From Amoeboaphelidium occidentale (Eukaryota), in the NCBI GenBank assembly GCA_023515795.1, contig JALGPX010000008.1, positions 62,001 to 126,000 of the forward strand: 64,000 nucleotides of DNA, given 5' to 3'. The translations under genes and the position numbers were made by a program. Under the pieces are notes generated by a model. It made no database searches. It was given only the letters and a program-made list of their open reading frames with translations, and was not told the DNA's origin. Positions 22,598-35,910 of this stretch are shown here, piece by piece; the stretch's first letter is position 1; every line of letters begins with the position of its first letter.

Positions 22598-25500
22598 TTA
22601 TTCCGCAACTTCATCATCAATGGTCTCACTGACGACTTTGTATCTCTTTCGCTTTTTCAGCGCTTTCCATCTGCCATTCATAAACCACTGTGAAAAGGAC
22701 TCTCTAATGTACGGGTTTTCAATTTTGCGTTTTGTATAAAAAGTGCTTCCTATAAGCCTGTTTAAAAACGGAAAGAATGCTCGTTCACCAAAGTAAACCA
22801 ACACAAAATTAACGGCCGCAGCTACAATTATAACAATTTTGTGTAGATCTGAAAGTGGTTCCAGGCCTAGAGTCTGAGCAGTCCAAGGATCTGGAAACAG
22901 GACAAAGTACGTGCACAAAGCTACCAACAAAATAATTGCCATAACAAGTTGTGAGTTGGTCATCAAACTAGCCCTAAATGGTTTTCCAACGCTGAAGATA
23001 ATCGCAACCCAAATGTATTGGTAGCAAGAGAACAAGAATAGTATCGTATTTTCGTAACTTGTTGTATCATTTAAATCGCATTCTTCGTGCTCTTGAGGAG
23101 TTGGATTAACGAGCTTTGCATAGAAATAAATAGCAACTTGAAATATTATCATTATTGTAATGCAACCAATAAGAGATAGAAGAACTTTTCTCGATACTAA
23201 ACTTGCAGTCGGTCTTCGGTGATATATTTCGATGCTGGCTTCTGTTCTTCCCATAAATAAAGCAAGCGGCAAAATCAAGAACAAGTCGATGAATAAGTAT
23301 TGAAAGTCGCCCATATTCTGGCAAAGAGTGTAATTCAATCCAACGGTGCAGAACTGAATTAAACTGTAGGCAGCCATGTACTTGAAGCAAGAGAAGCTGG
23401 TCACAAGGGCAGCTCTTCCTTCTCTTATAACTTTTAATATACACTCTACGTTGCTAGAGCGTGAAGTAAACGGGGCAGCGACAGAAGCTTCTGCCTCTGA
23501 CAAAGACACACCCACGTCGGCAGCTTTAAGTGCTCCACAATCATTGGCTCCATCTCCGCACATTCCAACGCAGAAATCAATAGCTTGAAGTCTTTCAATG
23601 AGTTCCAGTTTTTGATCTGGTGCCATTCTAGCATAAACTTTACATTTCACGAGCATTCTTTCAATTGTATCTTTGGGGAAGTTCTCCAACAAGTAATCAA
23701 AAAGATCTCCAGGTACAGCCAGCACATAATCTGGTTTTGTAAGGTCATGATCATCATGAATAGATAATGTGACTGACGAGGGTCTCTTTAAGAGATCAAC
23801 ATTTGACGTAGTTGACCTTATCGATGTTTCTGTTCGATAGCGCCTGAAAGAAACTGGAGTTCCAGACCGATATCGGCTAAAGCTGGAATCCTGAGAAAAA
23901 TTCAAAGGCAAAAGAGTTCTGGGATCCAAGATTAGCCTTTCATCGTCTATCGCTTTCCACACAACAGTTTTAGAAGATGCTTCTTCGTCAACAAATGAAG
24001 CGTAGTAGACAATTGAGTCTGCAGGCACTAAACCACAAAGCTTTGCAACACTCACCGCTGTCAGGATATTGTCACCTGTGCACATGACATCTCTAATCTT
24101 GGCGTTATGAAGCACAGAAAGGACAGATGCTGTCTCTCGTTTGAGTTTGTTTTCGAAAACGAGAAATCCCATGAAATGCAAATCACTTTCAAAATCTTCT
24201 CTCTCCGCTTTTTGAGCTTTGTACCAACTGAGCCCAGGTAGATATTTTCCCGCCAAAGCTAAAACACGGTACCCTAAATGAGCATAATGCGAAAGTAATT
24301 CTTCAAAATCTTCGGGAAGGGAACTTTGGCGACAAATATACTTGATAGTCTCAGGAGCACCTTTGACATAAGTGAACAGCAGATCACTATCCCATTGCTT
24401 AACAACAACTGACATTCTTCTGAGAGCCGACACAAATTCAAAAGTTCTCACTATTCCCAATTCAACGTGCTCTGTCTCAGGCGTCCTGCTTTCCTTCGGC
24501 ACTTTCCCGGAGGATTGCAAAATTAAATTAATATCAAGTTTGTGTGAGCTCTTTGGCCTCACTATAATAGGAGCAGCAGAAGCGCCATCATGACACTCAT
24601 CTAATTCCCAATTTATAAACTCAAACATTTTCAAGTCCATAGGATCTCCAATTAATTCTCCATGAACTCTTTTAAGCGAATGACATGTTGCAAGGGCATA
24701 AAGTAGAGGCGGTATGCGATTACTTTCGGTAAATTGGTCCGAAGTTTTGATCAGCTGGACTGCTTCTTGTTCACTAGCAGACTGGGATACCTGACTCAAT
24801 TGGGTACCATTTGAAATAAGATCCGTAAAGAACGGCGGCTTGCTAGGCCCATCGGAAGTAGATGCACTTACTCCTAGAACATCAAGACCTTCTTCTGTTA
24901 ATGTTCCCGTTTTATCAAAAACCAACATGTCAAGTTTACCACAAACATTGACTCTCGGAGGAGATATACAATAAATATTTTCTTTCTTCAATCTACCAAT
25001 AGCGAAACTTGTTCCAATAGACATGGCAGCGGGAAGAGCTGGCGGTATGACAATCGTTATTAAATCAAGCGCTCTTATTACAATCAAATCCCAAGGTACT
25101 TTGATTTTTATAAACCAGATTAATGTCAACAAGAAACCGCAAGTTGCTATTAACCCAAGCACGCCAAGAAATTTGAATGAATCTTCATAAAATTGAAACT
25201 TGTTTGGTTTGGGGAACATCATCGATCTCACTAAAGAACCTTTTGTCGTATTGAACCCAGTTCTTACCGCCATCGCTAGAGCCTGCGTAGACGGAAGTCC
25301 TTCTAAATTAGAACCACGAACTCTAACAATCTTGGTGCCTCCGAACAAGTAGTACTTGGAGTTAATATCGGTCGAAGTATTCATTGTACTCAAATCTAGA
25401 TCGCTTGCTGGAGTTTTAAAGACAGGAACGGCTTCACCAGTCAACATAGACTCATTTACAATGCAGTCTCCTGAAATAAGAACAGAATCACAAGGTAATA

Positions 25501-26590
25501 TGTGAACATTCTCAGATATCTCATACAAATCTCCAGGTACAATATCTTCTGAGCAAACATCTTTCCAGACACCATTTCTAAACACATTCAGTCTGCATTC
25601 AAAATGAGACAGTTCTCTCAATCTATCAATGTTCTAAAAATAAGCACATTAATCTCTTTGAAAGAAAGAATTTACCCGCTTGCTATCCAATAGTGCCATG
25701 GTCGACGAAACAATGGAAATGATAAAGATGCATGTCGCGTAATAGTAGTAGGACTCAAAACACCAAAGTATCACGGAGAAAACCTGAAAAATATAAAAGG
25801 GATGCAGTATTTCATCCATAAGTAACTTAAAGATTCCAGGATCAGGAATGTTGATATTATTCGGTCCAAACACGGCGAGCTTTTCATCGATCTCCACAGA
25901 ACGCAGACCACAGAGGGCCTCGTGTACAGATTGAGCAAAGCAGTTCTTCCATGTCGTATTCTCTACATATGTGCCATAAAATGGGTTCAGAATGAAAGTT
26001 ATGCACCGGTAATTAAAGTGATAAATATTCAGCGAATGTGTCTCATCGATGGTCCCATGGGAGTATGGGGACTGATCAGGCCTCGGAGTAAAGGGAACAT
26101 TGTGGTTCAGTATCGACTTGAAAACATTCTTGATATCAATACCAAAGTATTCCCTTTGCACAACAATGATCTGCTCTTCTTTCCAGTCATTCCTAGCGTA
26201 GATCAGCGTGGCCTCCTTCAATGGCACAACCCTGGCGCAAAGAAAGAGATATAATCTAGGAAACCATCTACAGAAAAGATACAGAAACCCTCCAGTAAGA
26301 ATGCAGCCAACGTAGTAAATGTTGAGCAAATATCCAACCAAGCGATAACCTGTAAATTCTGCCTTGAGATCATCTTCCAAGTAAATAATTTGCTTTTTAG
26401 GTGAAGTATCCACAAATAAGCTGGACTCGTCATTTCCCGGAGACACTCCAGAAGAATGCAGAAGGGCTTCTCCTGGTAAATCGTAATGCGAAACTACCGG
26501 CGAGGGCATTTTTAACACGGAGCTTTTCCGCCTCTTTGAAGGATTATCATATATAGAGCTTCCTTGTTCGTATTCACTCTCGCTGTCCAT
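22598..26590 (-). CDS. YPK9: P5B-type ATPase (Ypk9/ATP13A2); intron 25634-25675
   Basis: PPALP, FDKTGTLTE, TGE, GDPMD, KGAPE, TGDN, GDGANDCGALK; HPFYIFQ in the N-terminal exon. Confidence 0.93.
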
Positions 26591-26939
26591 GCCTGTGCTT
26601 TCAAAGAGTTTCTAAGGTGTCGATTGGCCGATCTTGCAAGAAAAAAATTTGAAGCTCGTTTGATACTCAACCTTGACCCTGAAGTCTGAGCAGTTTTCCA
26701 GCTGCTGTTCGAAGGAAGCTGGGAAATGATCTCTATTACATGGTTCTGGTAGCAGAGTAGGTCAAGCCTTGATACTTCCTGCATGTTGTTGAAGTGATCG
26801 GTGAGGTTGAGCCAGAAATGCTTGATATGGCGCGCCGAAACACTCCCAACAGTTTAAAACCGCGCTTTAAACTTCAAGGTCACCCTTTTAGAAGCTTCGC
26901 ATAGTGGATCAAATGGTTTTCTTGTTTCAAATTCAAAGC

Positions 26940-27596
26940 ATGAATTATCAGTTCGAAATAACTTCTTCCGCTTACGCATATACCGAGTCCCCATCTCATA
27001 AGCAGCCTTTAAAGGATTTACGCTCGGGAAGTATTAAAGAGAATGAACAGTTATTGTTTCAACTGCCATCATCTATAGAATCTGACAGACCAGAACATCG
27101 CTGTGCAAATAGTCGAGAAGAACTGGTTCTCTACTTAAGTCAGCAACAAATCCAAGAAAAGCTGTCTAAAAGGAACTATGGCGGTGTCTTGTCTGAACAA
27201 TTCGCTTCGTGGCTGGATAAAGAAACATTAGAGGTTAGCTTGTGGTATCATGAACACGAGCACGGCACAAAAAGCATCAAAGACTTAGAAGCATTTAGGC
27301 CTTTATTAAATGATCCACTACGATGCGATCACTGCATGCCAACAGGTTATGATGGGTTGCTTGGTGTTCGATGTGTCCGAGATACAGAAAGCGTTTCAAC
27401 TGAAAATATGAAAGTTTTAACTCTATGGCTTCCTGTTAGATATCCTGAACTGAATTTTCCTGGTACGCAAGATATGCAGAATGAGTTGCATTTGTTAAGA
27501 CAGCCAGGAAAACGCATCTACACTGAGGGCTACTCTGAAATTCAAACTGAATGCGGGCATGCAGTATTTCTTTGCCACGTAAGTTTGATAAGTTGA
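26940..27596 (+). CDS. Hypothetical protein
   Basis: Open frame of about 218 codons from ATG 26940; no family recognised. Confidence 0.5.
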   Translation: MNYQFEITSSAYAYTESPSHKQPLKDLRSGSIKENEQLLFQLPSSIESDRPEHRCANSREELVLYLSQQQIQEKLSKRNYGGVLSEQFASWLDKETLEVSLWYHEHEHGTKSIKDLEAFRPLLNDPLRCDHCMPTGYDGLLGVRCVRDTESVSTENMKVLTLWLPVRYPELNFPGTQDMQNELHLLRQPGKRIYTEGYSEIQTECGHAVFLCHVSLIS

Positions 27597-28635
27597 TTTG
27601 CAAAAGGCGTATGCTTAATCGTCTTAATAGAATGAGTTACATAAAAGATTTCAAAAAGGCTCTTCCGCCCATGGACAAACACATGCACAAAGGACAAGCA
27701 GGAAGAATCGGTGTTATCGGAGGAAGTGAAGAGTATACTGGTGCTCCTTATTTTGCAGCAAAAAGCTCATTGTTACTGGTATTTATGCTAAAAGTATGAA
27801 TCTTATAGCGTACTAGGGTGCTGACTTGGTGCATGTGTTCTGTGATGTAGCTGCTGCGCCTGTTATCAAGTCGTATTCACCTGACCTTATCGTTCATCCA
27901 TTCATCAACTGTGGAAAATATGCGACGGTGACATCCAAGTATTTTACAAACGTTGACCATTGGTATATAAATTGGCTAAGTCGCTTACATGCTTTGCTTG
28001 TTGGACCAGGCATGGGAAGAGAGTACTTCATGATGGAGACAGTAATGAAATTTGTGAAACACGCAATGGACGCTAAATTGCCTTTGATATTCGATGCAGA
28101 CGGGCTGCACATGTTGCAAAAGTTCCCAGAATTACTTGACGGATATTCTAACGTGGTTCTAACGCCGAATATCGCAGAGTTCAGAAGTCTATGTGAATCC
28201 CGCCAGATACACTCAGACACTGAAACAGCTATAAACGAATTAAGTGCCACTTTCAATAATGCAATTATTGTACTGAAGGGTGCCACAGACATTATAGCTC
28301 AGGGGAATAACGGTAATTTGTAGTAGGTTGCGCTTATTATGATAGTTTTGAAAAATGATGAAACTGGATCTTTGAGGCGTGTTGGCGGTCAAGGAGATAT
28401 CTTGAGCGGGACAATTGCGACCTTTGTAGCGTGGCTAGATCTTTACAAAAAGAGGACTTCTGACGAGAACTGTGAGATAGACCATAGTTTAACAAGAATG
28501 CATGCTTGTTTCGCAGCGAGTTCAGTAGTGAAAAGAGCTTCATACATAACTTTCCAAGAAAAGACGAGGCATATGCTTGCTTCGGATGTACTAGAGAATG
28601 TTCCAAATAGCTTTGATGAAGTGTTTGATGAATAG
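27559..28635 (+). CDS. NAXD: ATP-dependent NAD(P)HX dehydratase; introns 27579-27630, 27779-27816, 28313-28345
   Basis: [55 protein letters not shown]. Start may instead be ATG 27632. Confidence 0.92.
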
Positions 28636-28718
28636 AGATTGAAATTTAATTAAAGAGCCCACGTGAACAGGGGCAAAATGCTCAATCTTGCTCCTCATTA
28701 AATTTTTTTCATTTCTAG

Positions 28719-29744
<1,026 letters not shown>

Positions 29745-29860
29745 AAGACATAATAAACTCTGCTCTTCAGACTCTCTTTTGCTGGCAAACTTTCTCCTTC
29801 TTGTTGTTTCAACCTCAAGGCAAAGTTTCTCTGATTTTTTGCAAACCTTCATCATAAGAC

Positions 29861-30423
29861 ATGGACAAGTTAAAAGAAAAGTTAAACACTTTGCGCACTG
29901 AAGCTGATCAGGCTGCTTTAAGAGCAGATCAAGTTGAATCTGAACTGCGCAAGGTTGAAGCAGCTTTTGCTACCAAAGGTTTGTTACATGATCTTCTTGT
30001 AACTTAACACTTCAGACAATGAGATCAACTCATTAAAGAACAAAGTATTGCTACTTGATCAGGATTTGAATAGAGCTCAAAGTCGTTTCAATGCCAACTT
30101 CAAGAACTCCAATCTATCTGCATCATCAGGCAATGCTGACGAGTAACTTTTATGACTGCAGCTAACACACATTGTCGATCTGTAGGTTACAAAGAAGAAT
30201 TGAGCAATTGGAAGACCAGATCGATGCTTCAGAGAACTTGTTAAAGGAAACCAATGAAAAGATCAGGAACTTGGAAGTTGTCAGTGAACAATATGAGCGC
30301 AAGGCCAACTTATTGGAAAATGAAAAGAACGCTCTGAAGAAGCAATATGAAGACACAAAGAAGAAGTACGAAGACGCAAAGAAGGAATTGGATGATACAT
30401 TGAAGGCCTTTGAAGATTTGTAA
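29861..30423 (+). CDS. Tropomyosin (fungal short type); introns ~29979-30015, ~30143-30185
   Basis: Spliced MDKLKEKLNTLRTEAD...; continuous coiled coil of about 160 aa ending ELDDTLKAFEDL. Confidence 0.88.
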
Positions 30424-30429
30424 TAGAAA

Positions 30430-32109
30430 ATGTTCTTCAATCTGTTTTTCTGCGCCATGACCACGATTCAGGAGGATGCCCTGAATTTACAAGAGGATGT
30501 GATGGCACTTCCTCACCACAAGTATTTCGTTTTGGATCGGCCCAGTGTTAGTGTTGCTAAAGCTGAGAAATTGCGGCTGTTCGCTGCGAGTAAACTGTAC
30601 CCCAATCTTATCGAAAAGCTTGCAAGCCCTACAACGACACAAGCGGTAACCGGTAAACGAGGAGGTAAATCGAAATATTCTTCGAAAGAGAAGGAGACAG
30701 AGCGCATGGATACGGAGACTGTGCAGATAAAGAAGCTGTTAAGGGAATTGGAAGAACTTGATGAGAATGATTTGGATTCAAAGGCTGAGCAACTGGACGT
30801 GGATGAATTAAAGAAGAAGATTACTGAACTGAAGCAGAAGAAAACGGAATACTTTTCCATGTTTAAGAAGTTGATTAACGATGCTGAGAAGAGGAAGGAA
30901 ATACTGAAAGAGAAGGAGACTTTGGTTAGTCAAAAAGCAGCTGCTGTTTCCAATGCCGTGGAATCTGCACCGAACCGGAGTGGTGCGACATCTCCGGCTT
31001 TGGCTTCGTCCACGGCCAGCAATTTGAAGCGAAGTGCGAGTGATTTATCGCTTCCGCATGAAGTTAAAGCCAAGTTTGATGTTTTGGGTCCGTTACCAGA
31101 AAGACGGGAATCAAAGTCTGTTTCACCGGTTATGATGGCTGCCTCTCCTATTCTTGCAAACGCCAACGCCCCTCCTCCGTCTTTATTGGCTGCTGCTGAT
31201 GGCGGCGACAGACCATCTTCGCCACGACAATATCCACAAGGTCATGGTCCGCAACAACACAGACCTTATCCTCCGGAAAGTATGGGAAGATACTATGGCG
31301 CTTCTGGCTATCCTCCTGATTATCGTGCATATCCTGGACAAGCTGAACATTATGGCCCTGGATATCGTCCAGATTACAGACAAGATTATAGGCCTCCTGT
31401 TTCAGGACCTCCTGCTGACTATAGACCACCTCCCGCTCCTGGTCATGGAAGAGATGAGTATGGACCAAGTTACAGACCACGTCGTAAGCTTTTATTGTTT
31501 GATGTTTTATTAATTTCTTTAGCTCCTTATTATCAAGCAAGACCTGGATATCGACCCTATCCTCCTGGACCTGGCTACGGGCCTTCTCCTCCTTCACGGG
31601 CGTATGATTATTATGGAGGTTACCATGGTGGTGGTCCGGGTTACAGAAGGCCTCCACCTCAAGCTGGCAGAGAGTATGGTGGTGTAGGACCAAGATCGCA
31701 TACCGTTGAAGGATATCCTTCATCGGGTCGTGAAGGTCCTCATCGAGATTATCCACCGCAAAATCAAGGAAGGAATTTGCATGTTGAGACACAGGGTAAT
31801 CCTAAAACAGCGTCATCTGCACCAACAACCGCTGGCAACGATAGCAGGTATCAAACTCCTGTTTCACCATTTCATCATCATCACACTGGCAGAGACTATC
31901 CACCACTGTCACACGGTCCTCGAGATTCTTACCCTCATTATGGGTATCCAAGAGAAGGACCTTATCATGGTCGTGATCGAGAATCTGGTCGTGATGGTCG
32001 TGGTCCACCAGAGTTCAACAGAGAAAGTAGAGGGCATTCTCGTTTTGAGAAGAGCTCAACAGCTCCGCATGGTTCCTTTTCGAATAATCCTAACGGCTCT
32101 GGTAAATAA
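30430..32109 (+). CDS. Coiled-coil plus Pro/Gly/Tyr/Arg low-complexity protein, possibly GPS2-like; probable intron 31484-31522
   Basis: VLDRPSVS and LKQKKTEYFSMFKKLINDAEKRK resemble the GPS2 N-terminal helices. True start uncertain (30430, 30457 or 30502). Confidence 0.5.
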   Translation: MFFNLFFCAMTTIQEDALNLQEDVMALPHHKYFVLDRPSVSVAKAEKLRLFAASKLYPNLIEKLASPTTTQAVTGKRGGKSKYSSKEKETERMDTETVQIKKLLRELEELDENDLDSKAEQLDVDELKKKITELKQKKTEYFSMFKKLINDAEKRKEILKEKETLVSQKAAAVSNAVESAPNRSGATSPALASSTASNLKRSASDLSLPHEVKAKFDVLGPLPERRESKSVSPVMMAASPILANANAPPPSLLAAADGGDRPSSPRQYPQGHGPQQHRPYPPESMGRYYGASGYPPDYRAYPGQAEHYGPGYRPDYRQDYRPPVSGPPADYRPPPAPGHGRDEYGPSYRPRRKLLLFDVLLISLAPYYQARPGYRPYPPGPGYGPSPPSRAYDYYGGYHGGGPGYRRPPPQAGREYGGVGPRSHTVEGYPSSGREGPHRDYPPQNQGRNLHVETQGNPKTASSAPTTAGNDSRYQTPVSPFHHHHTGRDYPPLSHGPRDSYPHYGYPREGPYHGRDRESGRDGRGPPEFNRESRGHSRFEKSSTAPHGSFSNNPNGSGK

Positions 32110-32130
32110 TTTCTGTTTTCTGGCAAATAA

Positions 32131-33420
32131 ATGATTTGGCGAGTTATCTTTCTCTTTGGATTATCTTACTTTCTGATTTTCTACTTGCCAGTCTTCTTTG
32201 CTGAATGGTATGTCACTTCGATATTCACAAGACTGAAAGACTCGAGCCTCGCACAGATCTTGAAGGAATCAACAGCAGATGTCATCGATGTTCTTGAGCT
32301 TCGCTGGAAACGCAACGAAATATTTACTAATTCATTCGATAACGTTGTCTCAACTATAAATCAGGACAGTGGAGTGTCTGGTTTGAGATATACTTTGCTT
32401 CAGCTACAACCAGAAGCGCAAGTTCCTAAAGCAGATGATCATGATGATATGATCAAACTTACCAATAATGATACAGTTGATGATTTCTTTCAATGGCTTT
32501 ATGGGTTTCTATTTAAGCCGTCAAAGGACTTTGTTCTTGGCTCTTGGAGCAGTGTGGTGAGCAAATTTAATCAACCATGTTTCTGTTTTGAGGAAGAAGG
32601 AGCAAAACGTAAAGGCTTTTTGGTTTCAAATGGCTCTAGTGAGTTTCATGAACAGAGAAATGTTTACACTTCCTTGTATAATGGTTTAACAGATTACTTG
32701 GTGCAGAAACAATTACAGAATCATGGTGGCCACACTTTGATCATGCTGAACACGCCGTCTCTGTGCAGAATGATAGATCAAGCAGCCACGATCCGCTTTG
32801 ATGAACCTTTTGTTAATTCCTTATATCAACTCTCATCTGATAACGGTAAGTTGGTTTTATTGGGTTTGCAGCGAAAATCTGCAACTGAAAACACAACAGT
32901 TGATCCAATTTCTGAGTTCACCGAAAGCTTAACAAGTCTAAACGAGACGTCAATGGACAATTGGAATATCACATCTGTATTGAAAAGATTTACATTGATG
33001 ACGGTCAAGGTAGACAGCGTAAAGAAGGAAGATGCTGAATTTATGCATGATTTCTTTGATATGCTATCCACGGTTGAGAGCACGGCTTTTGGATACTATA
33101 AAAGATTCTACAGACTTGCAAAAATGTCATTTTACAAGTATGTTTTAGAACCATTGGTTGGCATCTATGTTCCTGATCAAGTGGAAGAATCCAACACTTC
33201 TTGCTCCGATAAAATTGTGGAGCTATTGTCTTCTAGCCAAGAGGGTAATTGGATCATCGAGAAATACGAAAAAGAAGCAGCAGACTCAGGTTTAATTGAT
33301 TACGATGGTTTCTTCATTGTTGCTCGTAAGCCAGGAGGTGATCACAAGAAAAACAATTATCGAAAGGCTCAAGACAACAAGAACAATCCAGACACGGGTT
33401 TTAAATTTTGGTGGTTTTAA
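32131..33420 (+). CDS. Hypothetical membrane protein, possibly degenerate cyclopropane synthase/sphingolipid C9-methyltransferase fold
   Basis: N-terminal TM; weak ordered motifs VYTS, LYQL..DNG..LGLQRK, KRFYRL; no GxGxG. Confidence 0.4.
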   Translation: MIWRVIFLFGLSYFLIFYLPVFFAEWYVTSIFTRLKDSSLAQILKESTADVIDVLELRWKRNEIFTNSFDNVVSTINQDSGVSGLRYTLLQLQPEAQVPKADDHDDMIKLTNNDTVDDFFQWLYGFLFKPSKDFVLGSWSSVVSKFNQPCFCFEEEGAKRKGFLVSNGSSEFHEQRNVYTSLYNGLTDYLVQKQLQNHGGHTLIMLNTPSLCRMIDQAATIRFDEPFVNSLYQLSSDNGKLVLLGLQRKSATENTTVDPISEFTESLTSLNETSMDNWNITSVLKRFTLMTVKVDSVKKEDAEFMHDFFDMLSTVESTAFGYYKRFYRLAKMSFYKYVLEPLVGIYVPDQVEESNTSCSDKIVELLSSSQEGNWIIEKYEKEAADSGLIDYDGFFIVARKPGGDHKKNNYRKAQDNKNNPDTGFKFWWF

Positions 33421-33429
33421 TAAAAACGT

Positions 33430-34725
33430 TCATAAAATGATTTTGTATTTCTCTTCACTTGGAACAGAATTAACTATAATTCTTCCGTCGTAGGATAAAG
33501 AAGCAAATATCCAAGGATCAGCCCTGCTCCATGCACAACTATAAACACTATCCTCGTGCTGATCGAGTAATTTCAACGTAGCATCCGCCATCAAATTGTG
33601 TTTCTTTTCTTTGTCCGTTCCAGTCGCAAGATTGCTTCTGCTTCCCTTGGTTTTTGCCAATTTCCTTTCCTTTTCTGCTGTAGCAGTTCCTTCTGTCCCT
33701 GATTCTGAGCTGGAGTAATGGTGCAGCGTTGCCGATGATAAAGATGAAACATGATGTAAAACAACTCTACAATCAGATCCTCCAGTTAGTAGCAGCTGAT
33801 CGTAAAACGGATTAAACTCAACACACCAAACCCAATGAGTATGTTGCAGGATCTCCTTCAAAGGAGCATTTGTGTTTCTCTGATCATAAAACCTTAGTTT
33901 AGCATCATCGCCTACTGTCGCAAAGTAGTATGGCCTGTTTGGATTAAAATCTAGATCCCTTGCAAAGACATGATTAGCGTTCTCAATGGCGAATGTTTGC
34001 TTTGCTGATTTAAAATCCCAACCGCGTATTGCATTATCGTTCAAAGTTACAACTTCGCTTGAAGCATGCGGATTCCATGATAAATTGCTCAAGTTATAAG
34101 AGAATTTGATGGTCGTTTCAGCGTTCGTCGTATCAGCAAGGGAGAATAACTTGATGTTGTGTTTGTCACATACTGAAATCTTGGAAGGCGATTCCACAAG
34201 TGGCTCCCAACATATCCTATCCAATTATTATGGGAGCCTCTAGTTTACCTGTTTACTTGACCATCAAAGCCCTCCAAACGAAACAATGTTTCCATATGAG
34301 GCGTTTTAGACATTGAAGATGGCTTCTCGTTCCATAGACCAAGAGGATACTTCAACATCGCAGCAGAATACGCAAGTTTCCCATCGACAACTTCAAACAT
34401 CAGCATTAACTTCGAGTGCGATCTTACGTGTGCTGGAACATGTCATCAATGTGTTCTCTTCTGATGGAGATGATGTTATGTAATTGATCTCCCCTTGATG
34501 AGCAAATATCAGACTGGATATTTCTCCCTTCTCTTCATCAAAGTCAATTACATGAACTTCATTGCCTTGTTTTATCTCACAGGATCCTGCCAAAAATCGA
34601 GTTCGATCTGTATTCTTTACAACTGAGGCAAGACATCGGGCCTACAAGTCTTAAAATCTTTACCAGATTTACGAAATAATAACCTGAACCCGCATGCCAT
34701 ACATGTATGTACTGTTGTCATTCAT
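33430..34725 (-). CDS. EIPR1: WD40 protein EIPR1/TSSC1; 3 introns
   Basis: Spliced N-terminus YG..VQARCL, RDLDFNPNRPY, HTHWVW, HEDSVY..AWS..DPWIFASLSYDGR, EKYKIIL. Confidence 0.92.
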
Positions 34726-34842
34726 CGCTGCTTACTAAACTTAAAGTGGCGGCACTTTCCGTGGCTGTCGCAACGTCAAGAACAAACTTCATGCGTAACG
34801 CCAACAACAAAACCACAATTGGCACTTCAGTAATTTCTAATA

Positions 34843-35718
34843 ATGACAATCTCTGAAGGAAAACGTGTTGAGAATACCAATTTAGCATTGCATCAGACTG
34901 ATCAAAGGAGTAGCAACCAGAATGAGTGTGGTACTTCACATCAAAGCATTCCAAAACAGCCAAAGTTCTTTAAGCATTTATCTACCACAAGCGCTGGTGT
35001 ATATGAGCACAGTCCACTTATTGGCACAAGCACACTGAAGCCTACTCTTCCTCCATTGGAACAAGTTTGGTTGGAACAAATCAAATCAGATCCTTCAACT
35101 ACATCTTGCACTACATCGATGCACTCATGGTTTCCTTCACCAAACCCTTCCAACTGCCCGTCGCCTTTACCAGAGTCATTTGGAGTATTACCTGTATTTC
35201 CTGGTATTCGTCGACACGTTAATTACCCAGAGACTTATGCTATTCTGAGAGGCTTCACTTATTTCGCTGGCGATTACGTCATATTCAAGCATTTACATAA
35301 CGGAACCTCAATGGCTGGAATTATAATAGGCATTTCATATAACACTTTAACTAGATCTAAAGTGTTTCAAGTTCAGGAAGTTCTACTCATGGAAGGATCA
35401 TGCGATGAAACAACATCTTGTCTCAATGCTACAGATTTCCTGATAACTGATAACAAATTCACTGTTTCATCAGATAATATTATTCAACTTGTATACTCGA
35501 ACACTATTAAAAGAAGCATTCAATTGAGTAGATCGTTAATGAAAGAATTACAAGAGAGATCAATGCACATACTGCCAGCATTGAAACGGAGCGATACAGG
35601 GCTCGAAGCGTTGAATATCGAACATCAAGAAAGTAACACGGAAAATCGTTTGCTGAAACGAAGGAATTCATATGATAGTAGCGATAGAGACAAGAAACAA
35701 AAGGCGAACTTCTATTAA
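34843..35718 (+). CDS. Hypothetical protein
   Basis: 291-codon ORF; Ser/Pro-rich N-terminus, beta-rich centre, basic C-terminus. Confidence 0.55.
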   Translation: MTISEGKRVENTNLALHQTDQRSSNQNECGTSHQSIPKQPKFFKHLSTTSAGVYEHSPLIGTSTLKPTLPPLEQVWLEQIKSDPSTTSCTTSMHSWFPSPNPSNCPSPLPESFGVLPVFPGIRRHVNYPETYAILRGFTYFAGDYVIFKHLHNGTSMAGIIIGISYNTLTRSKVFQVQEVLLMEGSCDETTSCLNATDFLITDNKFTVSSDNIIQLVYSNTIKRSIQLSRSLMKELQERSMHILPALKRSDTGLEALNIEHQESNTENRLLKRRNSYDSSDRDKKQKANFY

Positions 35719-35910
35719 AATTAAATGCAATAATTATTCATCAAATCTTTTTCAGGCGCGCTTAAAGTCTCGACCTCGGCTTCGTAGTGGCGCTTTCATA
35801 GAAAAAATTCCAGCTTGATCGGAGCAGATCGCGAGGGTTCCATTCAATCCCGTTGATAAGTCACCGCTTTAACCCTCCTTTTCTTATCATTTTCATTAAT
35901 TATTAAAGGA

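Noticed and set aside
35790..35815. Heat-shock element upstream of SSE1 (ttcatagaaaaaattc)
   Set aside because: The GAA/TTC spacing does not fit nGAAn periodicity.
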